From positions 3,040,001 to 3,104,000 of the forward strand of contig OZ219753.1 of assembly GCA_964291315.2 (NCBI GenBank): 64,000 nucleotides of DNA. The letters are read 5' to 3'. A program made the translations under genes and the position numbers. Positions 21,058 through 30,190 of the stretch are shown piece after piece. A model generated the notes under the pieces. That model did not search any database and had not been told where the DNA came from. It worked only from the letters and a program-made list of their open reading frames with translations. Each line of letters starts with the position of its first letter. Position 1 is the first letter of the stretch. Source of the stretch: Candidatus Poribacteria bacterium. GTDB lineage: Bacteria; Poribacteria; WGA-4E; WGA-3G.

Positions 21058-22236
21058 ATGACAATGAATAACAATCAAGCATCGACGGAGGTCTACCGTG
21101 CCTCGGCTTTTGCTGATTTTAAACCTGAACACTCGGCACCCGGACCGACACCTGAAAGGTTAGCACACTTGAGAGAGCACGGTTTCGTAATTATCAACGA
21201 TTTTGTCGACAACCCGTGGATTCCAACCCTACGAGAGGCGGGGCGTCGGGTTACGCAAGCGTGCGCCCCGGAGAACGTCTATGACGTAATTGACTGCTCA
21301 AAAGGATATGTACACCGCGCAGGTGAGAACGAACCTTGGGCGATCCGTGGGCTCATCCACCCCGCGTTCAAGGAACCATGTTTCGCTGAGTTTCACGGAT
21401 CCCCAGATTTCACAGGTTTCGTTGAATCGTGGACCGGTGCAAAGCCTGAAGACCTCGTGATGACGAACACGCTCCTCTGGTGCAACCCCCGAAAAAAAGA
21501 GAACAAACTCGGATGGCACAGAGACGTAACATGGTGGGGGACCGGGAAAAGCTACTTCTCACAAGAAGAAATTCGTGGAGATACCCCGCACGATTATTCG
21601 GAGGAGGTAGAACGGACGCGGTGGAAAGAGATCCAAGAAAACAGTGAGAAGTCCATCAGCCATCGAAACGGCGTGAGTATGTTCCTTGCACTGACAGACG
21701 ACGAATGTCATGAACTTATTCCCGGAAGCCATCGTCGATGGCGGACCCCGCTTGAACATGACGTACTGCTGCCAAAAGCTATGAAAGATCAAGGGGTCCC
21801 ATATACGCCCTGTTGGAACGGTACAGACCCACTGCCCGGACAGGTTGCAATTCGCCTTAAGCCGGGAGAAGCACTCATCCGTAACGGGGCAACAATACAT
21901 ACAGGACACTGTGTGCCTGAACGTGAACGCAATACCTTATCAATTGGATGGTCTAAGTGGGGTGGGCCCTCCGAGGAAGAACCTGCGGTCACTGATGCCC
22001 GTTTTGCGTGGATGCTTGATCCAGCTGTTCGGGACGCGCTGCCCCACGAATGGATGAAGATAGCATGGGACCGCTGGGCTGAAAAACATAAACTCGGTGA
22101 TACCCTTGAAGATCGCTATGCCGGTTTTGATATTCAGCAAATCAGATCAGGAAACGTTGCCGGATGGCGAACCGAATTGGAACGTCAAGCCGCTGCTGCG
22201 GGCAACAAGTGGGAACCGCACCAAAAGGTATCTTAA
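21058..22236 (+). CDS. Phytanoyl-CoA dioxygenase (PhyH) family Fe(II)/2OG oxygenase
   Basis: HGFVII, WHRD, IPGSH, LKPGE, IHTG...R; AGGAGG RBS. Confidence 0.85.
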   Translation: MTMNNNQASTEVYRASAFADFKPEHSAPGPTPERLAHLREHGFVIINDFVDNPWIPTLREAGRRVTQACAPENVYDVIDCSKGYVHRAGENEPWAIRGLIHPAFKEPCFAEFHGSPDFTGFVESWTGAKPEDLVMTNTLLWCNPRKKENKLGWHRDVTWWGTGKSYFSQEEIRGDTPHDYSEEVERTRWKEIQENSEKSISHRNGVSMFLALTDDECHELIPGSHRRWRTPLEHDVLLPKAMKDQGVPYTPCWNGTDPLPGQVAIRLKPGEALIRNGATIHTGHCVPERERNTLSIGWSKWGGPSEEEPAVTDARFAWMLDPAVRDALPHEWMKIAWDRWAEKHKLGDTLEDRYAGFDIQQIRSGNVAGWRTELERQAAAAGNKWEPHQKVS

Positions 22237-22263
22237 GACGAGCAGCTGTCAGCTATCCGTTGC

Positions 22264-22302
22264 TAGCGCGTAGGGAAGAAACACTGAACGCCCTACGCGC
22301 TA
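22264..22302. terminator. Inverted repeat between convergent genes
   Basis: TAGCGCGTAGGG-15 nt-CCCTACGCGCTA. Confidence 0.55.
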
Positions 22303-22323
22303 AACGTTGAATGTTGACAGCTA

Positions 22324-23310
22324 TCAGGCAGGGGGCGCGATCAGACGTACGAAGGAACGAGAAACCTTATCTAACTCTTCGCGAACGGCTGCATCCAATT
22401 CCCAACCGACACCCCCAATCGTATCGTCAAGTTGTTCAATTGTGTCGCTCCCACTAATGGCGATAGTGACCTCTGGATGTGAGAGCACCCACGCCACTGC
22501 AAGTTGTGCAGGCGTTTTACCTAACTCGGCTGCGAGTCGCTTGAGCGTTGAAATGACTTGTCCAGTGGCACCGCTCATCCGCTGCGAAAATTCATGACGT
22601 AATCGTGTTGCCCATAACGTACCAGCGGGTGGCGGTTCATCAGGAGCATAGACACCGCTCAACAAGCCGACAGCCAGTGGGCTGTAACACATGACTCCCA
22701 ACCCTTCCTCGCGGACTAGACCGAACATCTCAGTCTCTAAGTCGCGATTCAGGAGGTTATACATATTCTGAACACAGATATAAGACGTTGCGTTGATCCT
22801 ATCAGCGATCCAGAGCCCCTTACACACCTGCCATGCCTGATGATTACAGCAACCGATATATCGTACCTTGCCTGAACGCACCAGATCGTCCAAGGCGCGA
22901 ATCGTTTCTTCTTGTGGTGTGGTCTCATCATACGCATGCATGAGATAGACATCAATACGGTCGGTGTTGATTCTCTTCAAGGAGCGTTCCACCTCACGCA
23001 TGATATGGTAGCGTGACAACCCGGCATCGTTTGGACCTGGCCCCATCCGACTGGAAACCTTTGATGTAATTACGACATCATCGCGTTTGCTGCGAATCGC
23101 CCTCCCCAGAACTTCCTCAGACTGCCCAATATTGGCACGATCATCCATAAACCCATAGATATTGGCACAATCGATGAGATTAATACCCGCATCGATAGCG
23201 TATTCAATCAGTCTTTGAGCGGCATCGGCATCACCTTGTCCTCTGAGTCCCAAGCCTAAGGCAAGTGGACTCACTTTAACGCCTGTTTTTCCAAAATTGA
23301 CATACTCCAT
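22324..23310 (-). CDS. Aldo/keto reductase
   Basis: DCANIY, SEEVLG, SLKRINTDRID, GKVRYIG, YSPLAVGLL. Confidence 0.93.
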   Translation of the reverse strand: MEYVNFGKTGVKVSPLALGLGLRGQGDADAAQRLIEYAIDAGINLIDCANIYGFMDDRANIGQSEEVLGRAIRSKRDDVVITSKVSSRMGPGPNDAGLSRYHIMREVERSLKRINTDRIDVYLMHAYDETTPQEETIRALDDLVRSGKVRYIGCCNHQAWQVCKGLWIADRINATSYICVQNMYNLLNRDLETEMFGLVREEGLGVMCYSPLAVGLLSGVYAPDEPPPAGTLWATRLRHEFSQRMSGATGQVISTLKRLAAELGKTPAQLAVAWVLSHPEVTIAISGSDTIEQLDDTIGGVGWELDAAVREELDKVSRSFVRLIAPPA

Positions 23311-23338
23311 AGATAGATTCCTCAGCGGTTGTCGGTTT

Positions 23339-24316
23339 TTAGTCAGTGTTTCGAAACCTTCGTAATGTGTCTACGACCCGTTGCATATCTTTGGGCATCG
23401 GGGCTGAAAAAGTTAAGTTCTTGCCTGTAACCGGATGCACAAATCCGAGAAGCCGGGCATGCAACGCCTGCCGGTTAAGACTGACGAAGGCCTGCCTCAG
23501 TTCAACCGTGTGTGCATCGTTTAAGGCGCGTTGCTCGCCGCCATAAATCGCATCACCAGCGACTGGATGCCCGATGTGTTGTAGATGCACGCGAATTTGA
23601 TGTGACCGTCCGGTCTCCAAGGTGAGTTGAACGAGGGCGAATTTAGAATAGGTTTCCAAGACTTCATAGTGCGTGACGGCATGTCTGCCGCGGGCTTCAA
23701 CCGTTGTCATCCGTCGTCGGTCCCGCCGACTTCGGGCAATGCGGGCAGCTATCGTGCCAACGCTCCGAGCTGGTGTCCCGCATACGACAGCGACATACTG
23801 TCGGGTAATACTATGACGTTCAAATTGAACAGATAGCCCGCGATGTACGCTATCTGTCTTCGCAACAACCAGAGTCCCTGAAGTATCCTTGTCCAATCTA
23901 TGGACAATCCCTGGCCTCTCCAATCCACCGATACCGGACAAGTCTGGGCAGTGAGCGAGTAAGGCATTGACAAGCGTTCCGAGATTCACGCCGTTTGCAG
24001 GATGAACAAGCATCCCTGCTGGCTTATTCAGGACAATCAAGTGGCTATCCTCGTAAAGGACATCGAGAGATATATTTTCAGGTGGTACAGTATCCAAAGG
24101 ACGCGGTGCGGGAACCGTCATACAGACGCTGTCACCGCGTTTAAGTTGATAACTCGGTTGCTTAGCGACTTCGTTGTTGACGGTGACCTCACCATCGCGA
24201 ATGAGCTTCTGGAGATAGTTCCGAGATATACCTTCGGTTGCACTGATTAGGAACTTATCCAAACGGGTGCCGTGCTGCTCTTCTTGGATGTGATAACTGT
24301 GTGTTTGACCCATCAA
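23339..24316 (-). CDS. rluD: RluA-family 23S rRNA pseudouridine synthase (RluD-like)
   Basis: S4 domain RLDKFL, NKPAGMLVHP, GIVHRLDKDTSG, TGRSHQIRVH, RQALHA. Confidence 0.88.
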   Translation of the reverse strand: MMGQTHSYHIQEEQHGTRLDKFLISATEGISRNYLQKLIRDGEVTVNNEVAKQPSYQLKRGDSVCMTVPAPRPLDTVPPENISLDVLYEDSHLIVLNKPAGMLVHPANGVNLGTLVNALLAHCPDLSGIGGLERPGIVHRLDKDTSGTLVVAKTDSVHRGLSVQFERHSITRQYVAVVCGTPARSVGTIAARIARSRRDRRRMTTVEARGRHAVTHYEVLETYSKFALVQLTLETGRSHQIRVHLQHIGHPVAGDAIYGGEQRALNDAHTVELRQAFVSLNRQALHARLLGFVHPVTGKNLTFSAPMPKDMQRVVDTLRRFRNTD

Positions 24317-24355
24317 TTTCGTCTACGCCTCACGCCACCGCCGCCGGAACCTCCG

Positions 24356-25150
24356 TTACATCAAATACTCACGCTCCCGGAAAATTCTGATAGCGAGGTA
24401 CAGCAGCACACTTGTTAGCAAACCGATGACCAGAAGTGAGGCCCAGGCGGGTGGTGGTGAAAGCCCCAAGAGTACATTAAGTTCACTCCGGGGTAGCTTG
24501 TAACTTGGAAATAAGGTGAAAAGGTAATGTGACACAGATAATCGCTTAATTGTTGTTGTCATTAGTGAGCTTGTGGTAACGTTTTCCCAACCCATCACAA
24601 ATAGTAGCCCCCATAAGACAGGGTTCTTAAACCTCGCTGCCAAAAGTACCGCGAGCGCGCCGTAAGCTAACAGTGCCAACGCCATTGATGCTGTGTAATG
24701 CAAACTCATTCCAAATTGAAAGAATACGCCTTTCCCCAATTTGGGGTGTGTCACCATGATGCCGGTTAGAATTAGGTGTGAGGCAGCAATGAAAGCAACT
24801 GTTCCGGAAAGATAGGCTGCGAACTTGGTCAGAAGAATTAACGATTTACGGAGCGGCCGCATCTGGAGATACATCAACCCTTTGCTCTCAATCTCATCGG
24901 AAATGACTGCAGCCCCATAAAAAATTGCACATAACTTTACCCAGAGCCCGTATAGAATCAGTGTCATCAGCGGAATGAACCGGTTTACCATTCCGCTGCT
25001 CCGTGCAACAAAACGAAACACAAGGGCAATCACAATCGGTAGGAGGCACCCAAGCAGTATTAACAAGGTTCGGCGGCTCCAGAACATCTGCCGGAATGTT
25101 ACCTTAAAGAGAGCGAAATAGGCGGGAAACGACTTAGCGTTGATAGCCAT
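24356..25150 (-). CDS. ABC-2-type transporter permease
   Basis: Six TM helices; ISDEIESK...L..RP..K...L.KF motif. Confidence 0.8.
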   Translation of the reverse strand: MAINAKSFPAYFALFKVTFRQMFWSRRTLLILLGCLLPIVIALVFRFVARSSGMVNRFIPLMTLILYGLWVKLCAIFYGAAVISDEIESKGLMYLQMRPLRKSLILLTKFAAYLSGTVAFIAASHLILTGIMVTHPKLGKGVFFQFGMSLHYTASMALALLAYGALAVLLAARFKNPVLWGLLFVMGWENVTTSSLMTTTIKRLSVSHYLFTLFPSYKLPRSELNVLLGLSPPPAWASLLVIGLLTSVLLYLAIRIFREREYLM

Positions 25151-25417
25151 TTAAAACCTTTCAGCAGAGAAAATATAGGAGCATAGTAGCATTAATTTTC
25201 AGACTCCGCAAGCTTTTTCCGGCCCATTGGTCGTCAACAGACACCAACCGGCAGGAATCGGGACTCAGCGTTTCCGTTCTACAAGAAGAACGGATTGTAA
25301 AATTAAGCGCAGATATGGTATGATACCCTATCAATATCCAGATTTTCTGCGATTCAGGAAACAAGAGGCGATAGGTTCTTTTTCTGTTTCTTGCTGCATT
25401 ACTTGGAGGATGTAGAA

Positions 25418-26269
25418 ATGAATCAGCACGATTTCACTGTTACGGATTCAGAAATTGATTTTTTTCAGATGTTCGGTTACCTCAGTTTTCCACAACTGAT
25501 GGCAGATCGGATCACGGCGATCCAGAACGCTTTTGAAACGGTCTGGTGTGAGAGGGGCGGTGGTCATAACGGTAAGCCACACGAAGGCACCGCCCGTTCA
25601 TGTATCGTTCCATTTATTGATCAGCATGAAGAGCTCTGCTCACTCCTTGAGGATCCGAGGATCCTTGCAATTGCGAAGGCGTTGCTCGGTGACGATTTCA
25701 ACTATATGGGCAGCGACGGTAACTTCTACGTCGGCAATACCGGCTGGCACTCGGACGGGGGACATAAGCTGGAAGACCCGATGCACATAAAGGTTGCATT
25801 CTATCTAGATCCGCTGACGCGCGACACCGGGGCACTTCGCGTCATTCCAGGGAGTCATCTGTTCGGCGACAACTACGCAGATGGACTCACGAAACGGGTC
25901 GGGAAGAGCCAAGAAATATGGAAAATACATGGACAAGACGTTCCAGCAGTGGTTTTTGAGACAACCCCGGGCGATCTAGTGTTGTTTAATCACAACACCA
26001 AACACGCCGCTTTCGGTGGTGGAACACGCCGACGTATGTTCACTATCAACTTGTGTCAACGATACCCTGAGGACAAGTTGGACGCGTTGCAAGCTTATAT
26101 CAGCGGCTCTGCCCGGTTCTGGCTCGATCGAAAGTATGGCGAAAAAATGGTGCAGACGGCAACCCCAGAACGGCGGATACACCTCGAACAAGTCAGGGCA
26201 AACGATGGACACTTGGCTGAACTCTCCCGGCAGGCACGGAAACGGATGCATGAACCGTCACGCGGATGA
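25418..26269 (+). CDS. Phytanoyl-CoA dioxygenase (PhyH) family protein
   Basis: FGYL, WHSD, GALRVIPGSH, PGD..LF...TKH...RR; GGAGG RBS. Confidence 0.9.
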   Translation: MNQHDFTVTDSEIDFFQMFGYLSFPQLMADRITAIQNAFETVWCERGGGHNGKPHEGTARSCIVPFIDQHEELCSLLEDPRILAIAKALLGDDFNYMGSDGNFYVGNTGWHSDGGHKLEDPMHIKVAFYLDPLTRDTGALRVIPGSHLFGDNYADGLTKRVGKSQEIWKIHGQDVPAVVFETTPGDLVLFNHNTKHAAFGGGTRRRMFTINLCQRYPEDKLDALQAYISGSARFWLDRKYGEKMVQTATPERRIHLEQVRANDGHLAELSRQARKRMHEPSRG

Positions 26270-27088
26270 CACCTGTTGCCAAGTTTCTCGAACATAACCG
26301 ATTGCGTGTTCAAAACCGACTTCCCCTGAACGACTGGCCTCTTCGATGCTAAGCCAGCCATCATAACCGGCCTGTTGCATACGAGAAAAGACCGCTGGAA
26401 TCGGTGAGGCGCCGGTGCCAATACGAACCGCTTCGAACGCTCCTACTTCGCGTATATCGAAGATATGAAGCACAACGATGCGTTCAATAACTTTTTCCAA
26501 AAGAGCCAGCACATCTTCGCCGAGGACGAGTGGATTTGCTGTATCGAAACAGACACCGAGAGGCGTATCCGAAAGGACAGATAGAATTTCCAAGAAAATT
26601 TCTGCAGGTTGTGAGAAGTCCCAATAATCCCACGGGGCACCTTTAGTGTGGTTCTCGTAAGCGAGGGTTATACCGCAGCTTTCAGCCTCGTCAAGTGCGC
26701 GGCGAAATCCTTCTGTTACCCAGCTGATTCCTGCCGCGCGCTCGACCCCCGGACGGTTTTGCCCTGCGGTGATACGGACGAATGTTGCACCTAACGTTTT
26801 TGCTAAGGCGATGTCTGCCTTTAGATCGATTAACGCTTGTTGCCGCCGGGCCGCCTCGGGATGCGTGAAGTCGGAGTAACAGGCGAGCATGCACAGCTGG
26901 ACATCGAATTTTTCAAGGACAGCAACCGTGTGATCCAACGTTGTTATATCGCGTTCCGGGAAAAATTTGATGCTAAAATCGACGGCATCTAACCTTAATT
27001 CTGCCCCGAATTGAATCCAATCCGCAACACTGCTTTTTCCGGAAAAGATGTCGTCGTAAAGAGAAACGGGGAGACAACTGAGCTTCAT
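26258..27088 (-). CDS. Sugar phosphate isomerase/epimerase (TIM barrel)
   Basis: LAYENH, FDTAN, LHIFD, GYDGWLSIE. Confidence 0.88.
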   Translation of the reverse strand: MKLSCLPVSLYDDIFSGKSSVADWIQFGAELRLDAVDFSIKFFPERDITTLDHTVAVLEKFDVQLCMLACYSDFTHPEAARRQQALIDLKADIALAKTLGATFVRITAGQNRPGVERAAGISWVTEGFRRALDEAESCGITLAYENHTKGAPWDYWDFSQPAEIFLEILSVLSDTPLGVCFDTANPLVLGEDVLALLEKVIERIVVLHIFDIREVGAFEAVRIGTGASPIPAVFSRMQQAGYDGWLSIEEASRSGEVGFEHAIGYVRETWQQVSSA

Positions 27089-27222
27089 GATCTGTTTTCC
27101 TTCTTTTTTTTATGCGGTGTAGTTATCTTAGTCGTAACGCGAGCTTGCTAATTATTTGGCTCCTCTTTGGATACAGAGAGCCCTGGTAGAACCGAAGAGG
27201 TTTTGTGAGAAGAGCTGAAGCA

Positions 27223-27246
27223 GCACAGACTCACAGTCTATGCTAC
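27223..27246 (-). repeat. GTAG-type REP-like palindrome, copy 2
   Basis: Similarity to 14214-14265 extends over GAGGTTTTGTGAGAAGAG.TGAAG. Confidence 0.6.
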
Positions 27247-27263
27247 AAGTTAAGCGAATATCT

Positions 27264-29186
27264 TTAGAACATAAACCGGTACATCGGACGTTCCAAACCG
27301 ATGCCGATTAATGTCCAAATCGCCCCGACGGTGAATTCTCCTATAACCAATCCGATAAAGAACGGCATTGCCCGGCGATAGGTACGCAGACCGCCTGCCT
27401 GAAAGAGGATCGCTTTTATCCCCCACGATAAAAAGATTGAAAACCAATACCAACTTGTGTTCCAAAAACTGAGCGACAGTGCGTAGCCTGCGGGGTGGAA
27501 GGGCCACCAAATAAAACGCCGGCGCAGCATCATCAGGAGCGTCGTCAAGGTGATAGCCCCGCTCGAAGCGGAGACAGCGCCGATATCTACGGATTGCGGG
27601 TTAATGAGCCACTGCTTCAGCTGCTCATAAGTCCAGCGGCATTGCGCCTGCTCCCCATAGACCGCACCACCATAACGGTAACCTTGCGCGTAATACGCCC
27701 ACGCTGACGAAATAGTAGCGACAACGGTTACTAAGATAATAGCAACAATAAATCGATTATCTGCAAACCCACGGACCTGCGCTACTTTGAAACCCTCCAG
27801 CATAATCGGCATCGGATGCGAACGGTAGGATCGGTTAAAGCCGTGAAACATACTGAACGTCGTCAACCCCTCTGCCCCGATACGGCGCGTTCCGAAAAAG
27901 GAGACCAGCACTTTGTCGGGGCGCCAAGGCACGTCGTGTGCGGGCGGGCCAACTTCCGCGCGAACCCGGGTAATCGCAACTGCCAATGCGAAAAAGAGGA
28001 GAAAATAACCGAAGATGCTGAAGATAGGTGTCCCGGTGCTTTTGAAAAAGTAGAGCACAAAGAGACTACCGGCTATCAAGCCGAGTATTGCGTATCGCGT
28101 GTGTGTTGCGTGTGTACGGATAGTGTCGTCCTGTGCCTTGCCGCTCCGGAAGGCATTTTTCACCTGTTCTGTGATGAACTTTCGAGTGAGCCATATAGCG
28201 GAGATGCCTAAGCAGAACCACGCCCCAAACGACTGGGCATCCAGAAACGGAAATCCCGGCAGATGCCCGATGCCAGCCATCGTCCCCCATACGCGTGTTA
28301 GCTTGTGGAAGAGGTAAAAAAACCAGATAGAGAATGAAAGATCTAAGGGTATGAAGAAGCTCATCCCGATCGCAAAGGGATAGACAGCGATGGGCAGCGT
28401 TCCGATGGCGCTCAGCGGTTTTGTCTGGAAGTACTGACCCAAGTTGTAAAGCTTCCCACCTAATCCTGGCACAACTGGAAACAGAAAGTGGAGTCCGTTA
28501 AAGAGATTCATACCACCGGCAAGCACAGCAGCGAATAGGAATAAACGGTTTCTCAGGAGTGTACGTCCACCTTTTTCTGTTAGATGTAACGGAATCTGAA
28601 TAGTTGGATAACTCAACTTCTCATGGCTCACCCATTGGTGTCGGACTAGGACAGTGATGCAGAGCATCATACAGACTAGCACGATGATGAGAGCTGACCA
28701 CCAGAGAATTGGGCTCATCCAGAGCTGTAAGTGTTGCGCGGTGTGAAGAGATGAATCTCCGTGATAAAAAGTCGCCAACATACCCCGCTCTTTGATAGTG
28801 AGCCAATCTGGCATGTGCTGGCGGAACAGCTCGCCCCACTCATTCTCTGGACTTGCAAACCAGATCGGATAGGCAATTAGGGGCCACAAGATTTGAAGTG
28901 TATCATGTCCCGCGATAGAGGAGGCAATGGATACAAGTAGATAGATCACCATCAATTCAGCATCAGTGAAGCTGGCGTTCTTGCGGATTGCCCGGAGTAA
29001 CGGGTTTATCGCCATCAGGATCAGTATCACAAAGATGACATTGAAATAGAGGGTTGTGACGGTGGGGAAACTCTGACCGGTGCTATATCCACTGGGTCCC
29101 CAGTTAATCATGAGCCAGTAAGAGTTTGGAATAGTAATAAGGAGCGCGAGCAGCACAGCACGGAAACTAACATCTCTGTTCAGCAT
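27264..29186 (-). CDS. DUF6785/DUF6784 multi-pass membrane protein (putative OPT-like transporter)
   Basis: About 16 TM helices; QW...EKLSYP, RVRAEVG, WWPFHPAGY, PFFIGL.IGE motifs. Confidence 0.75.
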   Translation of the reverse strand: MLNRDVSFRAVLLALLITIPNSYWLMINWGPSGYSTGQSFPTVTTLYFNVIFVILILMAINPLLRAIRKNASFTDAELMVIYLLVSIASSIAGHDTLQILWPLIAYPIWFASPENEWGELFRQHMPDWLTIKERGMLATFYHGDSSLHTAQHLQLWMSPILWWSALIIVLVCMMLCITVLVRHQWVSHEKLSYPTIQIPLHLTEKGGRTLLRNRLFLFAAVLAGGMNLFNGLHFLFPVVPGLGGKLYNLGQYFQTKPLSAIGTLPIAVYPFAIGMSFFIPLDLSFSIWFFYLFHKLTRVWGTMAGIGHLPGFPFLDAQSFGAWFCLGISAIWLTRKFITEQVKNAFRSGKAQDDTIRTHATHTRYAILGLIAGSLFVLYFFKSTGTPIFSIFGYFLLFFALAVAITRVRAEVGPPAHDVPWRPDKVLVSFFGTRRIGAEGLTTFSMFHGFNRSYRSHPMPIMLEGFKVAQVRGFADNRFIVAIILVTVVATISSAWAYYAQGYRYGGAVYGEQAQCRWTYEQLKQWLINPQSVDIGAVSASSGAITLTTLLMMLRRRFIWWPFHPAGYALSLSFWNTSWYWFSIFLSWGIKAILFQAGGLRTYRRAMPFFIGLVIGEFTVGAIWTLIGIGLERPMYRFMF

Positions 29187-29193
29187 CGTTTAT

Positions 29194-30099
29194 CTACCAA
29201 TTTGGATCGTAGTCCCATTGCACGCGCTGTCGCCCATAGGTTTTTCCGTCAATCTCGGTTTGGTGGCAGACGAGGCATCTATGGGAGTCGGTAACGCCGT
29301 GCAATTCGTGTGCTAAACGAATCTCCTCGGTATCGTGTTCGTGGCAGGTGGCACAGGTATAACTTTGATAGAAATTACCGGCGTAGATGGCGATTTTATC
29401 TTCAATTTTTCGTGCATGATAGGTGTGGTTGCTTTCAGTGTTTTTAATTGTCCACACGCTTCCCGCTTCTTTGATAGCAACGGGAGAAGTTTCGGGCACA
29501 CGACGATCATTCTGCAAGAGCCACCAGTGGAGGTCGTCCGGAACAGTGTCCGACGTATCCAATTCTTGCTGGAGCGCCACATCGACATGGAAGAGCAGCG
29601 GTTCAGAAGTATGGCATCTGGCACAAGGCACCTCATGAACACCGGTCAGCGGGAAGAAGTCATCGTGCTCAAGCTTTTTCTGACCGTGGAACACGATCCC
29701 AACAAGCAAGACAGGTGCAAGGATAAGATGGCACCGGAGGAGAATTCGGCGCGTACGACGCGCGGTTAAACTCACGGCGATACCGGTGCCTAAATTCAAT
29801 AACGCGAGCAGGAAGGTAACCCAAGAGTGCCATGCGATGGGCTGAAACGCCGAGTGCAGCAGCACAAGGCACAAGCCTAAGGAGGCAAGACGTTGATGAT
29901 ATTTTAGCCACGTCTGTCGGGACCCCCAACGCACCCAACGACTTCGAAGAATGTAGAGACCGGCGATGAAGATAGCGAGGGCGCCGATGATGCTGAGCAG
30001 GTGCCTCGCTTCGCCGAAGCTACCCGCCCGCCAAATACACAGAAATGAGATAACAGCGGCACCGATAAACCCATGTCCGATCTGAATAAATACTTGCAT
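29194..30099 (-). CDS. Membrane-bound multiheme c-type cytochrome
   Basis: N-terminal His-containing TM helices, then CARCH, CATCH and CLVCH. Confidence 0.75.
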   Translation of the reverse strand: MQVFIQIGHGFIGAAVISFLCIWRAGSFGEARHLLSIIGALAIFIAGLYILRSRWVRWGSRQTWLKYHQRLASLGLCLVLLHSAFQPIAWHSWVTFLLALLNLGTGIAVSLTARRTRRILLRCHLILAPVLLVGIVFHGQKKLEHDDFFPLTGVHEVPCARCHTSEPLLFHVDVALQQELDTSDTVPDDLHWWLLQNDRRVPETSPVAIKEAGSVWTIKNTESNHTYHARKIEDKIAIYAGNFYQSYTCATCHEHDTEEIRLAHELHGVTDSHRCLVCHQTEIDGKTYGRQRVQWDYDPNW

Positions 30100-30190
30100 G
30101 CCATCAGTTTAGCATACATGTAAAAACAGGACAAGGATTTAAATAACGTTCTGACACCTTTCACTGTTTTGACGACAGAAACGGAGGACG

